In this document: in pieces, positions 25,824 through 38,019 of the stretch | Position numbering within the stretch: position 1 is the first letter of the stretch | Layout of the letters: every line of letters starts with the position of its first letter | Assembly (NCBI RefSeq): GCF_963921235.1 | Contig: NC_086123.1 | Span: 31,000,001-31,064,000 of the forward strand | Reading direction: 5' to 3' | Length of the DNA stretch: 64,000 bases | From: Mobula hypostoma | Lineage: Eukaryota | Position numbers and translations under genes: made by a program | Notes under the pieces: generated by a model | The model's database searches: none | What the model was told of the DNA's origin: nothing | Seen by the model: the letters and a program-made list of their open reading frames with translations, nothing else

Positions 25824-28729
25824 ATGAGTGGTGGTAAAATTCTTCTGAGGTGTATATATTTCAATGCTAGGAGTATTGCGGGGAAGGCAGATGAATTGAG
25901 GGCGTGGATTGACACGTGGAATTATGATGTTATAGCAATTAGTGAAACTTGGCTACAGGAGGGGCAGGACTGGCAGCTTAATATTCCAGGGTTCAGATGT
26001 TTCAGATGTGATCGAGGCAGAGGAATGAAAGGTGGGGGAGTAGCATTGCTTGTTAGGGAAAATATTACAGCAGTGCTCAGGCAGGACAGATTAGAGGGCT
26101 TGTCTACTGAGTCCTTATGGGTGGAGCTGAGAAACAGGAAAGGTATGGCCACATTAGTGGGATTGTATTACAGACCACCCAATAGTCAACGAGACTTGGA
26201 AGAGCAAATCTGCAAAGAGATAGCAGGCAACTGCAGGAAACATAAAGTTGTGGTGGTAGGGGATTTTAATTTTCCATACATTGATTGGGACTCCCATACT
26301 GTTAGGGGTCCAGATGGTTTAGAGTTTGTAAAATGTGTTCAGGAAAGTTTTCTAAATCAGTATATAGAGGGACCAACTAGAGGGGATGCAATATTGGATC
26401 TCCTGTTAGGAAACGAATTAGGGCAAGTGACAGAAGTCTGTGTAGGGGAGCACTTTGGTTCCAGTGATCATAACACCATTAGTTTCAATTTGATCATGGG
26501 CAAGGATAGATCTGGTCCTAGGGTTGAGGTTCTGAACTGGAAGAAGGCCAAATTTGAAGAAATGAGAAAGGATCTAAAAAGCGTGGATTGGGACAGGTTG
26601 TTCTCTGGCAAAGATGTGATTGGTAGGTGGGAAGCCTTCAAAGGGGAAATTTTGAGAGTGCAGAGTTTGTATGTTCCTGTCAGGATTAAAGGCAAATTGA
26701 ATAGAAATAAGGAACCTTGGTTCTCAAGGGATATTGCAACTCTGATAAAGAAGAAGAGGGAGTTGTATGAAATGTATAGGAAACAGGGAGTAAATCAGGT
26801 GCTTGAGGAGTATAAGAAGTGTAAGAAAATACTTAAGAAAGAAATCAGGAGGGCTAAAAGAAGACATGAGGTTGCCTTGGCAGTCAAAGTGAAGGATAAT
26901 CCAAAGAGCTTTTACAAGTATATTAAGAGCAAAAGGATTGTAAGGGATAAAATTGGTCCTCTTGAAGATCAGAGTGGTCAGCTTTGTGCGGAACCAAAGG
27001 AAATGGGGGAGATCTTAAATAGGTTTTTTGCATCTGTATTTACTAAGGAAGCTGGCATGAAATCTATGGAATTGAGGGAATCAAGTAGTGAGACCATGGA
27101 AAGTGTACAGATGAAAAAGGAGGAGGTGCTTGCTGTCTTGAGGAAAATTAAAGTGGATAAATCCCCAGGACCTGACAGGGTGTTCCCTCGGACCTTGAAG
27201 GAGACTAGTGTTGAAATTGCGGGGGCCCTGGCAGAAATATTTAAAATGTCGCTGTCTACGGGTGAAGTGCCGGAGGATTGGAGAGTGGCTCATGTTGTTC
27301 CGTTGTTTAAAAAAGGATCGAAAAGTAATCCGGGAAATTATAGGCCGGTGAGTTTAACGTCAGTAGTAGGTAAATTATTGGAGGGAGTACTAAGAGACAG
27401 AATCTACAAGCATCTGGATAGACAGGGGCTTATTAGGGAGAGTCAACATGGCTTTGTGCGTGGTAGGTCATGTTTGACCAATCTGTTGGAGTTTTTCGAG
27501 GAGGTTACCAGGAAAGTGGATGAAGGGAAGGCAGTGGATATTGTCTACATGGACTTCAGTAAGGCCTTTGACAAGGTCCCGCATGAGAGGTTAGTTAGGA
27601 AAATTCAGTCGCTAGGTATACATGGAGAGGTGGTAAATTGGATTAGACATTGGCTCGATGGAAGAAGCCAGAGAGTGGTGGTAGAGAATTGCTTCTCCGA
27701 GTGGAGGCCTGTGACTAGTGGTGTGCCACAGGGATCAGTGCTGGGTCCGTTGTTATTTGTCATCTATATCAATGATCTGGATGATAATGTGGTAAATTGG
27801 ATCAGCAAGTTTGCTGATGATACAAAGATTGGAGGTGCAGTAGACAGTGAGGAAGGTTTTCAGAGCCTGCAGAGGGACTTGGACCAGCTGGAAAAATGGG
27901 CTGAAAAATGGCAGATGGAGTTTAATACTGACAAGTGTGAGGTATTGCACGTTGGAAGGACAAACCAAGGTAGAACATACAGGGTTAATGGTAAGGCACT
28001 GAGTAGTGCAGTGGAACAGCGGGATCTGGGAATACAGATACCAGATTCTCTAAAAGTGTCATCACAGGTAGATAGGGTCGTAAAGAGAGCTTTTGGTACA
28101 TTGGCTTTTATTAATCGAAGTATTGAGTATAAGAGCTGGAATGTTATGATGAGGTTGTATAAGTCATTGGTGAGGCCAAATCTGGAGTATTGTGTTCAGT
28201 TTTGGTCACCAAATTACAGGAAGGATATAAATAAGGTTGAAAGAGTGCAGAGAAGGTTTACAAGGATGTTGCCGGGACTTGAGAAACTCAGTTACAGAGA
28301 AAGATTGAATAGGTTAGGACTTTATTCCCTGGAGCGTAGAAGAATGAGGGGAGATTTGATAGAGGTATATAAAATTATGATGGGTATAGATAGAGTGAAT
28401 GCAAGCAGGCTTTTTCCACTGAGGCAAGAGGAGAAAAAAACCAGAGGACATGGATTAAGGGTGAGGAGGGAAAAGTTTAAAGGGAACATTAGGTGGGGCT
28501 TCTTCACACAGAGAGCGGTGGGAGTATGGAATGAGCTGCCAGACGAGGTGGTAAATGCGGGTTCTTTTGTAACATTTAAGAATAAATTGGACAGATACAT
28601 GGATGGGAGGTGTATGGAGGGATATGGTCCGTGTGCAGGTCAGTGGAACTAGGCAGAAAATGGTTCGGCACAGCCAAGAAGGGCCAGAAGGCCTGTTTCT
28701 GTGCTCTAGTTTCTATGGTTTCTATGGTT
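25824..28729 (+). mobile_element. CR1 LINE with uninterrupted ORF2 (942 aa, APE endonuclease + RT; CDS 25824-28652), no ORF1
   Basis: YFNARS, ISETWL, VGDFNFP, SDHN (APE); NYRPVSL, YMDFSKAFD, FADD (RT); (TTTCTATGG)n tail. Confidence 0.95.
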
Positions 28730-29667
28730 GAGTGAGGTAAAAGTAACACAGTGGGGAATAGTGACAGTTAAACTTCAATATTTGCTTCGGATTTAATAGG
28801 AAAGAATGCAGAATAGCTAATATAATAATTCCATTGTGTAAAGTGTTGAATGTGAATTGGGGTTTTTGAGAATCTTGTACATGGTTCAAACGCCACAATC
28901 AAACTTTGGTCAAGATACTTCATCTCTTACCAGGGTCTACAGAAATAGATGAACGCAATCACACAGAAATGCCAGTGTTCCTGCATTTAGACTTTTATTA
29001 AAAAAAATCATTTCAAATCATATTGGAAATTTCAACAATGAAAATTGCAAAACATTTAGAACTTCAACTAATCTGATTTCATTAAATTTTAATGCTAAAA
29101 TGAAAATCAAGACCCATTGGAAGAACACAGTAACTGAAGCAAACAATTTTTGAGGTCCTTAAGTCATCTCCCCCTCCCCCATCAAACCCAATCTTTTTAC
29201 TGGGATTTGTTTTAAAACATTGTAAATTGAAATTGCCACAGCAGTTATTTCTGGGTCTGTGAGTGAGACCCATTTTATGTGGGAAGTCATAGACCATCAG
29301 ATTGTGATCAGCCATTCGGAGTTACATTGATCTGAAGAGGAGGTGCAGGTTGCCAGAGTTCCTTTGATATTGTTAATATCTGGCCTCTGCAAAACTGACA
29401 ACCCATGTTTTCCAGGCTAAGAAGGCAACAAGGTGACAAGCGACAAACCTCGATGGGAATTTATGTCATTGTCCGACAGACACCCCATCAGTACAGCATT
29501 AATACAGAGCGGAAATCGGTCCTTTGTCCAACTTGTGAATGTCAGTGTGGAACGTAGCAGATACACAGGATAATGTAACAAAGTGCTCACGACAGAATAT
29601 AGGAATGCAATAAAATACCAATAAATTATTTTTAATCACAGTTTTCTCAACCGTCTGCAGGAGTAAA

Positions 29668-30135
29668 TCAGCCTCCACGTAGCCGGAGCAGCAGAGAGAT
29701 GGTGGTTAGTGGTCTGATGTTGTAGTCGGAGAGCAATCGCCCATCCTCCAACTGTTTGCCCTCGTAAACCAGGCGCTGCTGGTCGGGTCTGACCCCCTCC
29801 TGCCGATGGACCCGCTCTTTAAACTTCTGCACGGACTCAGAGGGCATCACGTCGTACGTCGAGGTTTTCCCCTTGTCATTCAGGAGAAATATCTGCATGG
29901 ATTCCTCTTTCCTGACCAGCAACATGACGGTGGGGCTGGGGTTGAGGTTGTAGTAGCTCAGACTTCTGTCGTCCTGCATCTCCACGCTTTGGCCATTTTG
30001 CACCATCAGACGCTGTTGGGAAATGGGCACGTTGGTCTTTTCCTGGATTTTCATCTTGAGTGTCGACACTCGAATGGAAGCGTCGACATCAAGTTCGAAA
30101 CCATCGCCGGTGATAAACCTCACCTGAAGTCTCAT
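29668..30135 (-). CDS. isg15: ISG15-like protein, copy 3 (155 aa), nearest to OASL
   Basis: Tandem UBL, LRLRGG-stop; acceptor cctttctccacag, exon starts 30147. Confidence 0.9.
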   Translation of the reverse strand: MRLQVRFITGDGFELDVDASIRVSTLKMKIQEKTNVPISQQRLMVQNGQSVEMQDDRSLSYYNLNPSPTVMLLVRKEESMQIFLLNDKGKTSTYDVMPSESVQKFKERVHRQEGVRPDQQRLVYEGKQLEDGRLLSDYNIRPLTTISLLLRLRGG

Positions 30136-30794
30136 CTTGTCAAATCGCTGTGGAGAAAGGAGAAATGATTAGAGAGTTTTTACATCAGCAGGGCATGAAC
30201 TATGAGGTATTAATATGGCATTGCCTATAATATCAACATAATTAGACTATTTACTAAGAGCTGTAGACAAACGGGAAAAGACAGACCCCTCTTTCCCAGC
30301 AGTTCTAAATGTGAGACAGGAATTTTGAGCCGCAATACTGACAATTTAAGGGGGAGGGACTGCGTGAGCCGGTGAACTTAAACATTTTTGAATGTAATCC
30401 GATCAGCGGCAAACAAATGTGTAAGTGACATTTGTAAATGCACATGTGTAAATGTGCAATTTGTTTAGATTTCTAAGCCAGGGCCATTCCAATCGCCGCT
30501 TAATAGGAAAAAAATCACTTTTGTCATATCGCTTTAATGGTGTACCCCGCATTCGGACTTGTTGCATCACCGTCTGATATGGAGGGACCACGACAGAGGG
30601 TCAGAAAAAGCTGCGGAGGGAGGTAAACTCATCCAGCTCCATCATGGGCATCAACAGAGTGTATCTTCAAAAGGTGATGACTGAAGGAGAAGGCATCGAT
30701 CAGTATGGGCCTGCCGGTCATGCCCGCTTCTCATTGCTACCATCAGCGAGGAGTCTGAAGACTCACGCTCAGCGCTTTAGGAACAGATGAACTA

Positions 30795-30967
30795 NNNNNN
30801 NNNNNNNNNNNNNNNNNNNNNNNNNNNNNNNNNNNNNNNNNNNNNNNNNNNNNNNNNNNNNNNNNNNNNNNNNNNNNNNNNNNNNNNNNNNNNNNNNNNN
30901 NNNNNNNNNNNNNNNNNNNNNNNNNNNNNNNNNNNNNNNNNNNNNNNNNNNNNNNNNNNNNNNNNNN
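30795..30967. other. Assembly gap (N run) at the position of the intronic inverted microsatellite
   Basis: Flanks match those of 8729-8800 and 18294-18352. Confidence 0.95.
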
Positions 30968-31769
30968 GTGAGTGTGCTATTATAGTTTATATTATATGCT
31001 CTGTACTGCACTGTGCTGCCGCCACAAGCTGCCAAGTTTATCGATTTAAGTTAGTGGTGATCACCCCAATTCTGATTCTAAATCGATTCTGCTGCGAATA
31101 AACTCCATTTGACTTTCAACCAAACATTCACCCCCCCCCCGCTCTCCTGCACAGAAAGTGGTCACTTCCGACCCAGACTTCCCGATGCACTGAATTCACA
31201 CGCAAATTATTGTCATGACATGAGCGAAGATTTGATGCACCATTTTAACAAGACCGTCACTCTACATCAGCCGATTAACGGGTTTCACCGAATCGTGAGC
31301 CGATCAATCTGAGAAGCAGGAGTGGCCATTCGGCCTGCACCTCTATTCAATGATATCCCCGATGATCTTTTACCTCGCCGCTAGTTGACAACAATTTGTC
31401 GCGTATCTATTGCCACTTTCTGTAAAGTTAGTTTTCTACTAACTTGTTCTCGCCCCGCGTTTTGTCAGCGGTAGAGACTACATTTCCTGCCCAGTTCAGA
31501 GGATCTTAGTAATTTAAATTATATTGTCAATGTTGTAAACAGGTAGATAAAAATGAACTTTGAGATAATCAAATAAAGTCTTACAATTTTTGTCGACAGT
31601 GCAGGAAGTCAGGACGAATCTGAAGAAAATCTGATCCGCAGCTTTTTTTCTTTGCCCTTTATTCCGCACCGACTTTCAGCTCTGGTCCGGGTAAATCAAT
31701 AGAAATTCTCGGGCTGCTGCTGATCGGTATCCCCGCTCCTGCAACTCTGCGTCTCTCCGCCTCCCCCGG

Positions 31770-32180
31770 CTCGCTTTATCTTCTGCTCCCGTTTCTGAAC
31801 GTCACCGCGCCGCTGGGCTGATCTCACGGCCCGCTGTCGCTGTGTTGATAAACAAACCAATCAGGTTCCAGCCGAAGTTTCGTTTCCGAAAAATTCCCCG
31901 CAGGGAATTGGAAATGCATGCGCCCTGTTACAGGGTTCAACGCTATCGGCTGTTTCACTTTCGGATTCCGGGAATGACACAACAGCTGGAAGCCGAGAAT
32001 GCGAAGCCGGATCTGAATTGAATATAACCTTAGACGTGTCATCTCTGAATACAATTATGTGGTTCATGAAGTGACTATGTAAGTGATAAAATGTAACACA
32101 AGAAAACAATTGTGCTCCATCCACAGCACCTCTATTTCCCCACCTCTGTCGCCCATCTCCCCGAGGACAGAACCGAAACA
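31770..32180 (-). promoter_or_regulatory. ISG15 copy 3 promoter: ISRE 31876-31887, kB-like 31888-31899, second full ISRE GAAAGTGAAAC (~31952-31962), extra IRF-type AACCGAAAC 32171-32179
   Basis: Motif matches. Confidence 0.8.
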
Positions 32181-32905
32181 GTGTGTACCCCCGGACCTTA
32201 ACTTTCACCCCATCTATGCTTTGTGACGTGCACCATTTCCAACGTGATCCCAGCACCTGCCGTACATCCCGCTCTCCACTTCTTTCTGCTTTCGGCATGG
32301 AGCCCTCTCTCTGAGACTCCCTGGTCCTCACATCTCTCTTCCTCCTGCCCACCTGCACTTTGTCCGGTAGGATGTGTTACAGCTGACCTCACCAGTGCTC
32401 ACCCAGCCCCCATCAACAACCAGGGCCTCATATAAGGAAACCCAAAGGAATTCTACAGATGCTGGGAATCTTGAAGAAAACACAAAAGATGTTGGGGGGG
32501 GGGGGGACTCAGGAGGTCAGGTAACATCAAAGGAGGGAAATGAACAGTCCATGATTCAGTCCAGATCCTTCATCAGAATTGCAAAGGAAGCCAGAATAAG
32601 AAGAGAGGGGTAGGAATGGGGAGGAGGGGGTACAAATTGGTGAGGGGGAGACTGGATGGGTGTGGGAGTGGGGATGATGTGAGAAGCTGGCAGGTGATAG
32701 CTGGAAGAAGTATGGGACTGAGGAAGAAGAAGAAGAAATCTGATAGGAAAGGACAGTGGACCACGGAAGTAGATGGGGAACCACAGAGGTGATGGGCAGG
32801 TCATGTGGGTGGGGGAGGAAAGTGGTGAGAGGATTACTAAACTGGGGAAAACAACTAAAGGGGGAGGGGAGAACCACAGAGGAGTGGGTACCTACCAGAA
32901 GTTAG

Positions 32906-34092
32906 TGTCACAATGGGGGCGTTGAGAACAGATCCAAATGTGAGACTCGCACACTGAAGTACAAGGAACAGGACTTGACTGGAGTAGGGACGTGACGGGA
33001 TATAGACCAGGAGCAGGGACAAGAACGCAGACTAGGGCCAGGACATGGACTAGACAGGGAACCCGGACAAGGAACTATGAACAAGGAGCCTGTGCTTGGA
33101 TTCCAAGCCAGAGACTGGACAAGGACCTAGAACCTGGGTCTTGCCTCGGGTTCGGTCCCCAGAACCAGGCAAGGACATGACATGGCTACAGGACAGGACG
33201 TGGCTGGGGTCTTGGCTCTTGAGTCTTGAGGCTAGAAGCTGGGGACTTAGAATGCGGAGGCTGATAACTCAGAGGCTGGAGCTCAGAGACAGACTGGGAA
33301 CTGTACATCAACCTAGAGCCAGGACTTATCCATCGAAAAGCCGGGACTCATCTTTAACATGACACTAACACGAGACTGGACAGTACATAGACATAGAGCC
33401 GGGACTCAACTTTATCTCCATACCAAGGTGGGACAGGTCCACTTGTTGGGTAATGGCAGAACAGCCGGACTTACCCAACAGAGGCGAGGACAAGACAAAA
33501 CAAGACAGGACCCCCCACAGGGCAACGGCAGAACAGCCTGACTTATCCCACGGAGGCAAGGACAAGACAGATCCCCCACAGGGCAACGGCAGAATGGCCT
33601 GACTTACCCCATAGAGGTGAGGACAAGAAGAGACAAACACCAAAGAACAACAGACAGTTTCTTCTCTGCATCGGGGTTGCTCCGAGTCACAGTTCAGCCA
33701 GCAACCTCAGCTGGCTATGGAAACAGCCAGATCCCTACCTAGCTCTGAGCGGCTGGCAGCCACTCAGCTGGCCCAGGAAACAGCCAAATCCATACCACAA
33801 AGACAGCTCCAACTGCCGACAGCAGGGCTCCATGAAGCGATGGTTCTCCAACATGGCCTAAAGGTGACAAGTGGCCGCTCTAGCCTTCCACCGGCAGGTT
33901 GCGCCCAGGAAATCATGACAAGGCAAACCAGCAGCTCACACCCAAGGCCTCTTATATTCCAAGCCCCAAGATGGGAATCAGGTACCTATGATTAACTCAA
34001 ACAAAACAAGGGACAGCTGGAAGACCCGGAATCCTGAGTCCATGGACCGGACTGTGAACCGGAAGGCAGTCTTCACGGACCGGACAATGACA
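32906..34092 (-). mobile_element. Solo LTR (TGTCA...TGACA) with 5-bp TSD GTTAG; internal ~60-bp tandem repeats at ~33450-33630
   Basis: GTTAG at 32901-32905 and 34093-34097; single GTTAG at the paralogous empty site ~13787; related copy at 56675. Confidence 0.85.
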
Positions 34093-36269
34093 GTTAGAGG
34101 TTAATGACTACTCAGACAGAGTATGAGGTGTTCCTCCTCCAACTTGCATTTGGCTTCATCGTGGCAGTGTCCTGAGCAGCTCTTCCAGGTGAGCCGGGCA
34201 TCCACATGCATCTCCTCTGGTCTTGTTTATTGTATCAGGTGCTTCCGATATGACATCTTCTACATTGGTGAGACCAGTGCAAACTAGGCCTTCCTCTCTT
34301 ACCAGATTCCTTCATCTGCAGCCCTTTATCGCCTCCAGCCGTCACCTCCCAGCTTCTGTCCCCATGTCCACTCCTCCTTCTTCCATCTGCCTATCATCCC
34401 TTCTCACCTGGATCCAGCTTTTGGTCCACCCCTTCCCCTCACTTCTTAATATTGGCCATCTCTGTTCTGTCTTTCAGTCCAGATAAAGAATGTCACATTG
34501 ACTGTCCATTTCCATCCATAGATGCTGCCTGACATACTGAGTTCCTCCAGTATCTCTTCTGGAGCTTCACATTTATCAAGTTCTGAGTTGATTGAGAAGC
34601 TTTCATGTCGGAAATTCCTGGGACCCCGCACCAGCGGCACAAGTGATTTGGAGTGAGACTTACCTCACTTTCCCACTCTTTGGTGCTCCTGTGGTCAAGA
34701 TAAATGGAATTACTCCATCTATCTTCCCTTCTGCTTATTCCTCTGAAACACTGAACAGTTGTAAATGTTCATTTCCGGGACTTGTTCACTTTGTCAGATT
34801 GTACTTGTTCTGTTGTGAAAAAGTCACCAGAGAGACACTAAAGTTTGTGGATATAGAAGTGTTTTATTCAACAAAAACCAGCAGCAGGCATCATATTGAG
34901 ACACTTTTGTAAGAGGAGGCCTGCTCAACCCAATATTACATGACATTTTATCTGCTGAAGATCAAAGGTATCAGCACAGCAATTCTACCGTTTCAATGTA
35001 TGTAAAATACTTCCTTTTGAATTACACATAGTTATCACACGCCATCTCCTTTGCACCCACACTCCAGACACCCAAAATGAATATTAACGTCCACTGACTC
35101 TCGGCTGCATTCATGCATATGCAGGCTTCTGAGGTCTGATTGTTCTGAGCTGTGCCTTAAATTCAATCTACAATCCACATTCAAGTCTGAAGATTGTTTG
35201 CTGGTGAAATTAATATTTGCCAACTCCAGAATACACCCTAACAGTACTCCTTTAGAGAGTCATTGCAATTCAATGCAGAAATGGCCACCATGTCCATGCC
35301 AACCACTAAGCTCCGATTTTATACCCATCCTGCACTCATCCCTTGTTTATTTCATAGGACCTCGTGTGGGAGACCCATATCTCATTCATTAACAAAAAGT
35401 CTTGGCAGAGATTGTTGGTAAGATGTTCTTACCCAAAATCTATTGGTGTAATTCTTCATAGAGAGCATCCTCACATCAGCCATTACTATCTGGTTTGGTG
35501 CAATACACAAAAACTACAGCCAACTGTCAGGTCAGCAGAAAACATTATTGGCTGCAGTCTACCAACAATGCAGGGGTCGTATGTGTCCAGAACAAAGAAA
35601 CAGGCGGAAAAAGTCATTGTGGTTACTTCCCACCCAGCAAACGTCCTTCATTTGTTTGCTTCGACTATGAGAAGATTGGAGTGCAAGAGAAAAGGTGTCT
35701 TACTGATTTATGAAGTACCATTATTACACCACAGCTGGAGTATTATGTAGACGATTGTCTCTTTAGGTAAGAAAGAATATACACGCCATTGAGGTAATGT
35801 GGTCAAGATCAACTTGACTACCTTCTGGGATAGTGAGCTTGCCTATGAGTATTTATAGGCAAGAAATGAAGGCCCAGAGATGGTCTGTCCTGAGGTTGGA
35901 GGCCAGTCTGACTGTGTGAGTGGGTGGGAAAGGGGACTGTTTTGCTTTTATTGTTGCTGTTGCTACTTGTACTGTGCAGATGAACATTGTGGGCATGTTA
36001 CGTTGGTGATTTGTGGGCTGCCCCCAGCACATCCTTGGGTTATGTTGCATGATAACACAAATGACACAGTTCACTGTATGTTCCAAGTACATGTGATGAA
36101 TAAATTTGAGTCTGAAGTCTGCAATCTCCAGACATCAGCAGAATGAAAAGTGACCTCATTTAAAGTTACCAATTTCTACTGGCCTTGGCAGTTTGTATGC
36201 AGAAGGGATGTTTCCTCTGGCCTAGGGCTCTAGAATCTGGGGTCACTGTCTCAGAACAAAGTCACTTGT

Positions 36270-36860
36270 GAAGATGCCATCCTCTTCTCTCAATTCCAAC
36301 ATCTCTGCCCACATCTGCTCTCAGGATGAGGCTTTTCATTCCAAAAAAAGTGAGATGTCTTCCTTCTTTAAAGAAAGGGACTTCCCTTGCTCCACCATCA
36401 ATGCTGCCCTCACATGCATCTCTTCCATTTCATGCATGTCTGCCTTCACCCATCCCCCTGCCACCCCATCAGGGATAGGGTTCCTCTTGTCCTCACCTAC
36501 CACCCCATCAGCCTCTGCATCCAGCACAAAATTTTCCATAATTTCCGCCATCTCTAACAGGATTCCACCACCAAACACATCTTTCCCTCACCTCCACTTT
36601 CCACTTTCTGCAGTAATCACTCCCTATGCAATTCCCTTGCCCATTCACACTCTCCACTGATGTCCCTCCTTGTACTTGCCTTTGCAAGTGGAACAAGTGC
36701 TACACCTGCTCTAACGAGGCACTATTCATGGCCCTTTCCAGGTGAGGCGACACATCACCTTGACTCTGTTGGGGTCATCTACTGTATCTGGTGCTCCCGG
36801 AGTGGCCTCCTGTACATCAGTGAGACCGCTTCACCGAGCGTCTGTCCTGATGAAGAGTCT
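36270..36860 (+). mobile_element. Penelope-like element fragment (RT C-terminus / GIY-YIG), degenerate
   Basis: ICSQDEAFH..SEMSSFFKERDFP..TINAAL; VIYCIWCSRSGLLYISET; truncated CTGATGA hammerhead-like end. Confidence 0.7.
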
Positions 36861-38019
36861 CAGCAATTTTGGACCCCACCACATCTTCATCTTGGAGTGT
36901 GACCATCCCACTTCCCCAGAAGGTGGTGAATGGCGACGACAGAATCACAAGTGGGAATGGCTCCCCACACCGCCCCACTGCAGCAAAATGATCCCCCAGG
37001 CTGTTGTTCTCAAAACAGGGGAGCACTTTGTGTGGAGATGAACCCCCTGCTCCTTGACTGAAACAGGTAGAAGACGCAGGTGGTGGCAGTGAGAGTAGGA
37101 AGTACTAGTGGTGGGGACTTGCTAGTGAACAGGATATTCAGCTCCTTTTTCTGGTTCCCAGCAGATTGTGCAGAAGGATACAAAGTCAGCATCAAATAGA
37201 GAGCGGTGATGTGGACCAGGTAATGAGAGGGTTTAGGGTTTGGGCACTTGTAGGGAAAGAAGTGAAAATGACAGGGGATCAGAGTGAAGCAGAGGGTGAG
37301 GGATGTGACAGGCATGCCACTGTGAGAAGGGTTTGTGGGTGGTAGAGGAAGGGAAACCCTATCCTTTGAAGAAGGGAGATATCTCTGATGCTCTGCAGAT
37401 CTGTTCCTAGGATGAGGTTTTCCTTTCCAGAACATCGGAGATGTCTCCCCACCTCTACTCAACACAGGGATTGGACTCTCCATTATCCTATCTCCTCCAA
37501 GCTTCTCACTTCATTCCCCTTTCCCCTCACCTTGTAGCTTGCATTCCTTCCCCTCCCCCAATTTATTATTCTGCATTCTTCCCATTTCTTTCCGGTCTGG
37601 GCCCCAAACATCGGCTGATTATTCCTCTCCATAGCTGCTGCCTGACCTGCTGAGTTCCTCCAGTATTTTCCCGTGTGTTGCTCTGGATTTCCAGCATCTG
37701 TAGACTCTCTTGTGTTTAGACTGAGCCTCAGCAATGTGAAGGTTGATTTTAATTTCATACGCACAGGTGCAATGAAAAACTTGCGCAGGCACAGAGTACA
37801 GACAGGGACAGGAGAGGAACAGTGAAGAGGACAGGGCCCCTGAACCGTGGGTGGAGGGATTCAGACTCTGACATACAAGTAAGTTCATTTTGAGATGCGA
37901 GACGTGTTTTAGAGGAGGGCAGTTTGCCCCGTGGGTTGGAATGTTATTCCGGGTGTCCGAATAACGAGAGCGAGAGTCTGAAGGAAAGATGCTTTTAAAA
38001 AGTAAAAACAAGTGATCAG

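Noticed and set aside
33450-33630. ~60-bp direct repeats resembling a CRISPR-like array
   Set aside because: No unique spacers; internal repeats of a eukaryotic LTR
34605-34675. kB-like GGAAATTCC and GAAAGTGAG in the intergenic region as a shared enhancer
   Set aside because: Imperfect short motifs with no supporting conservation visible in the window
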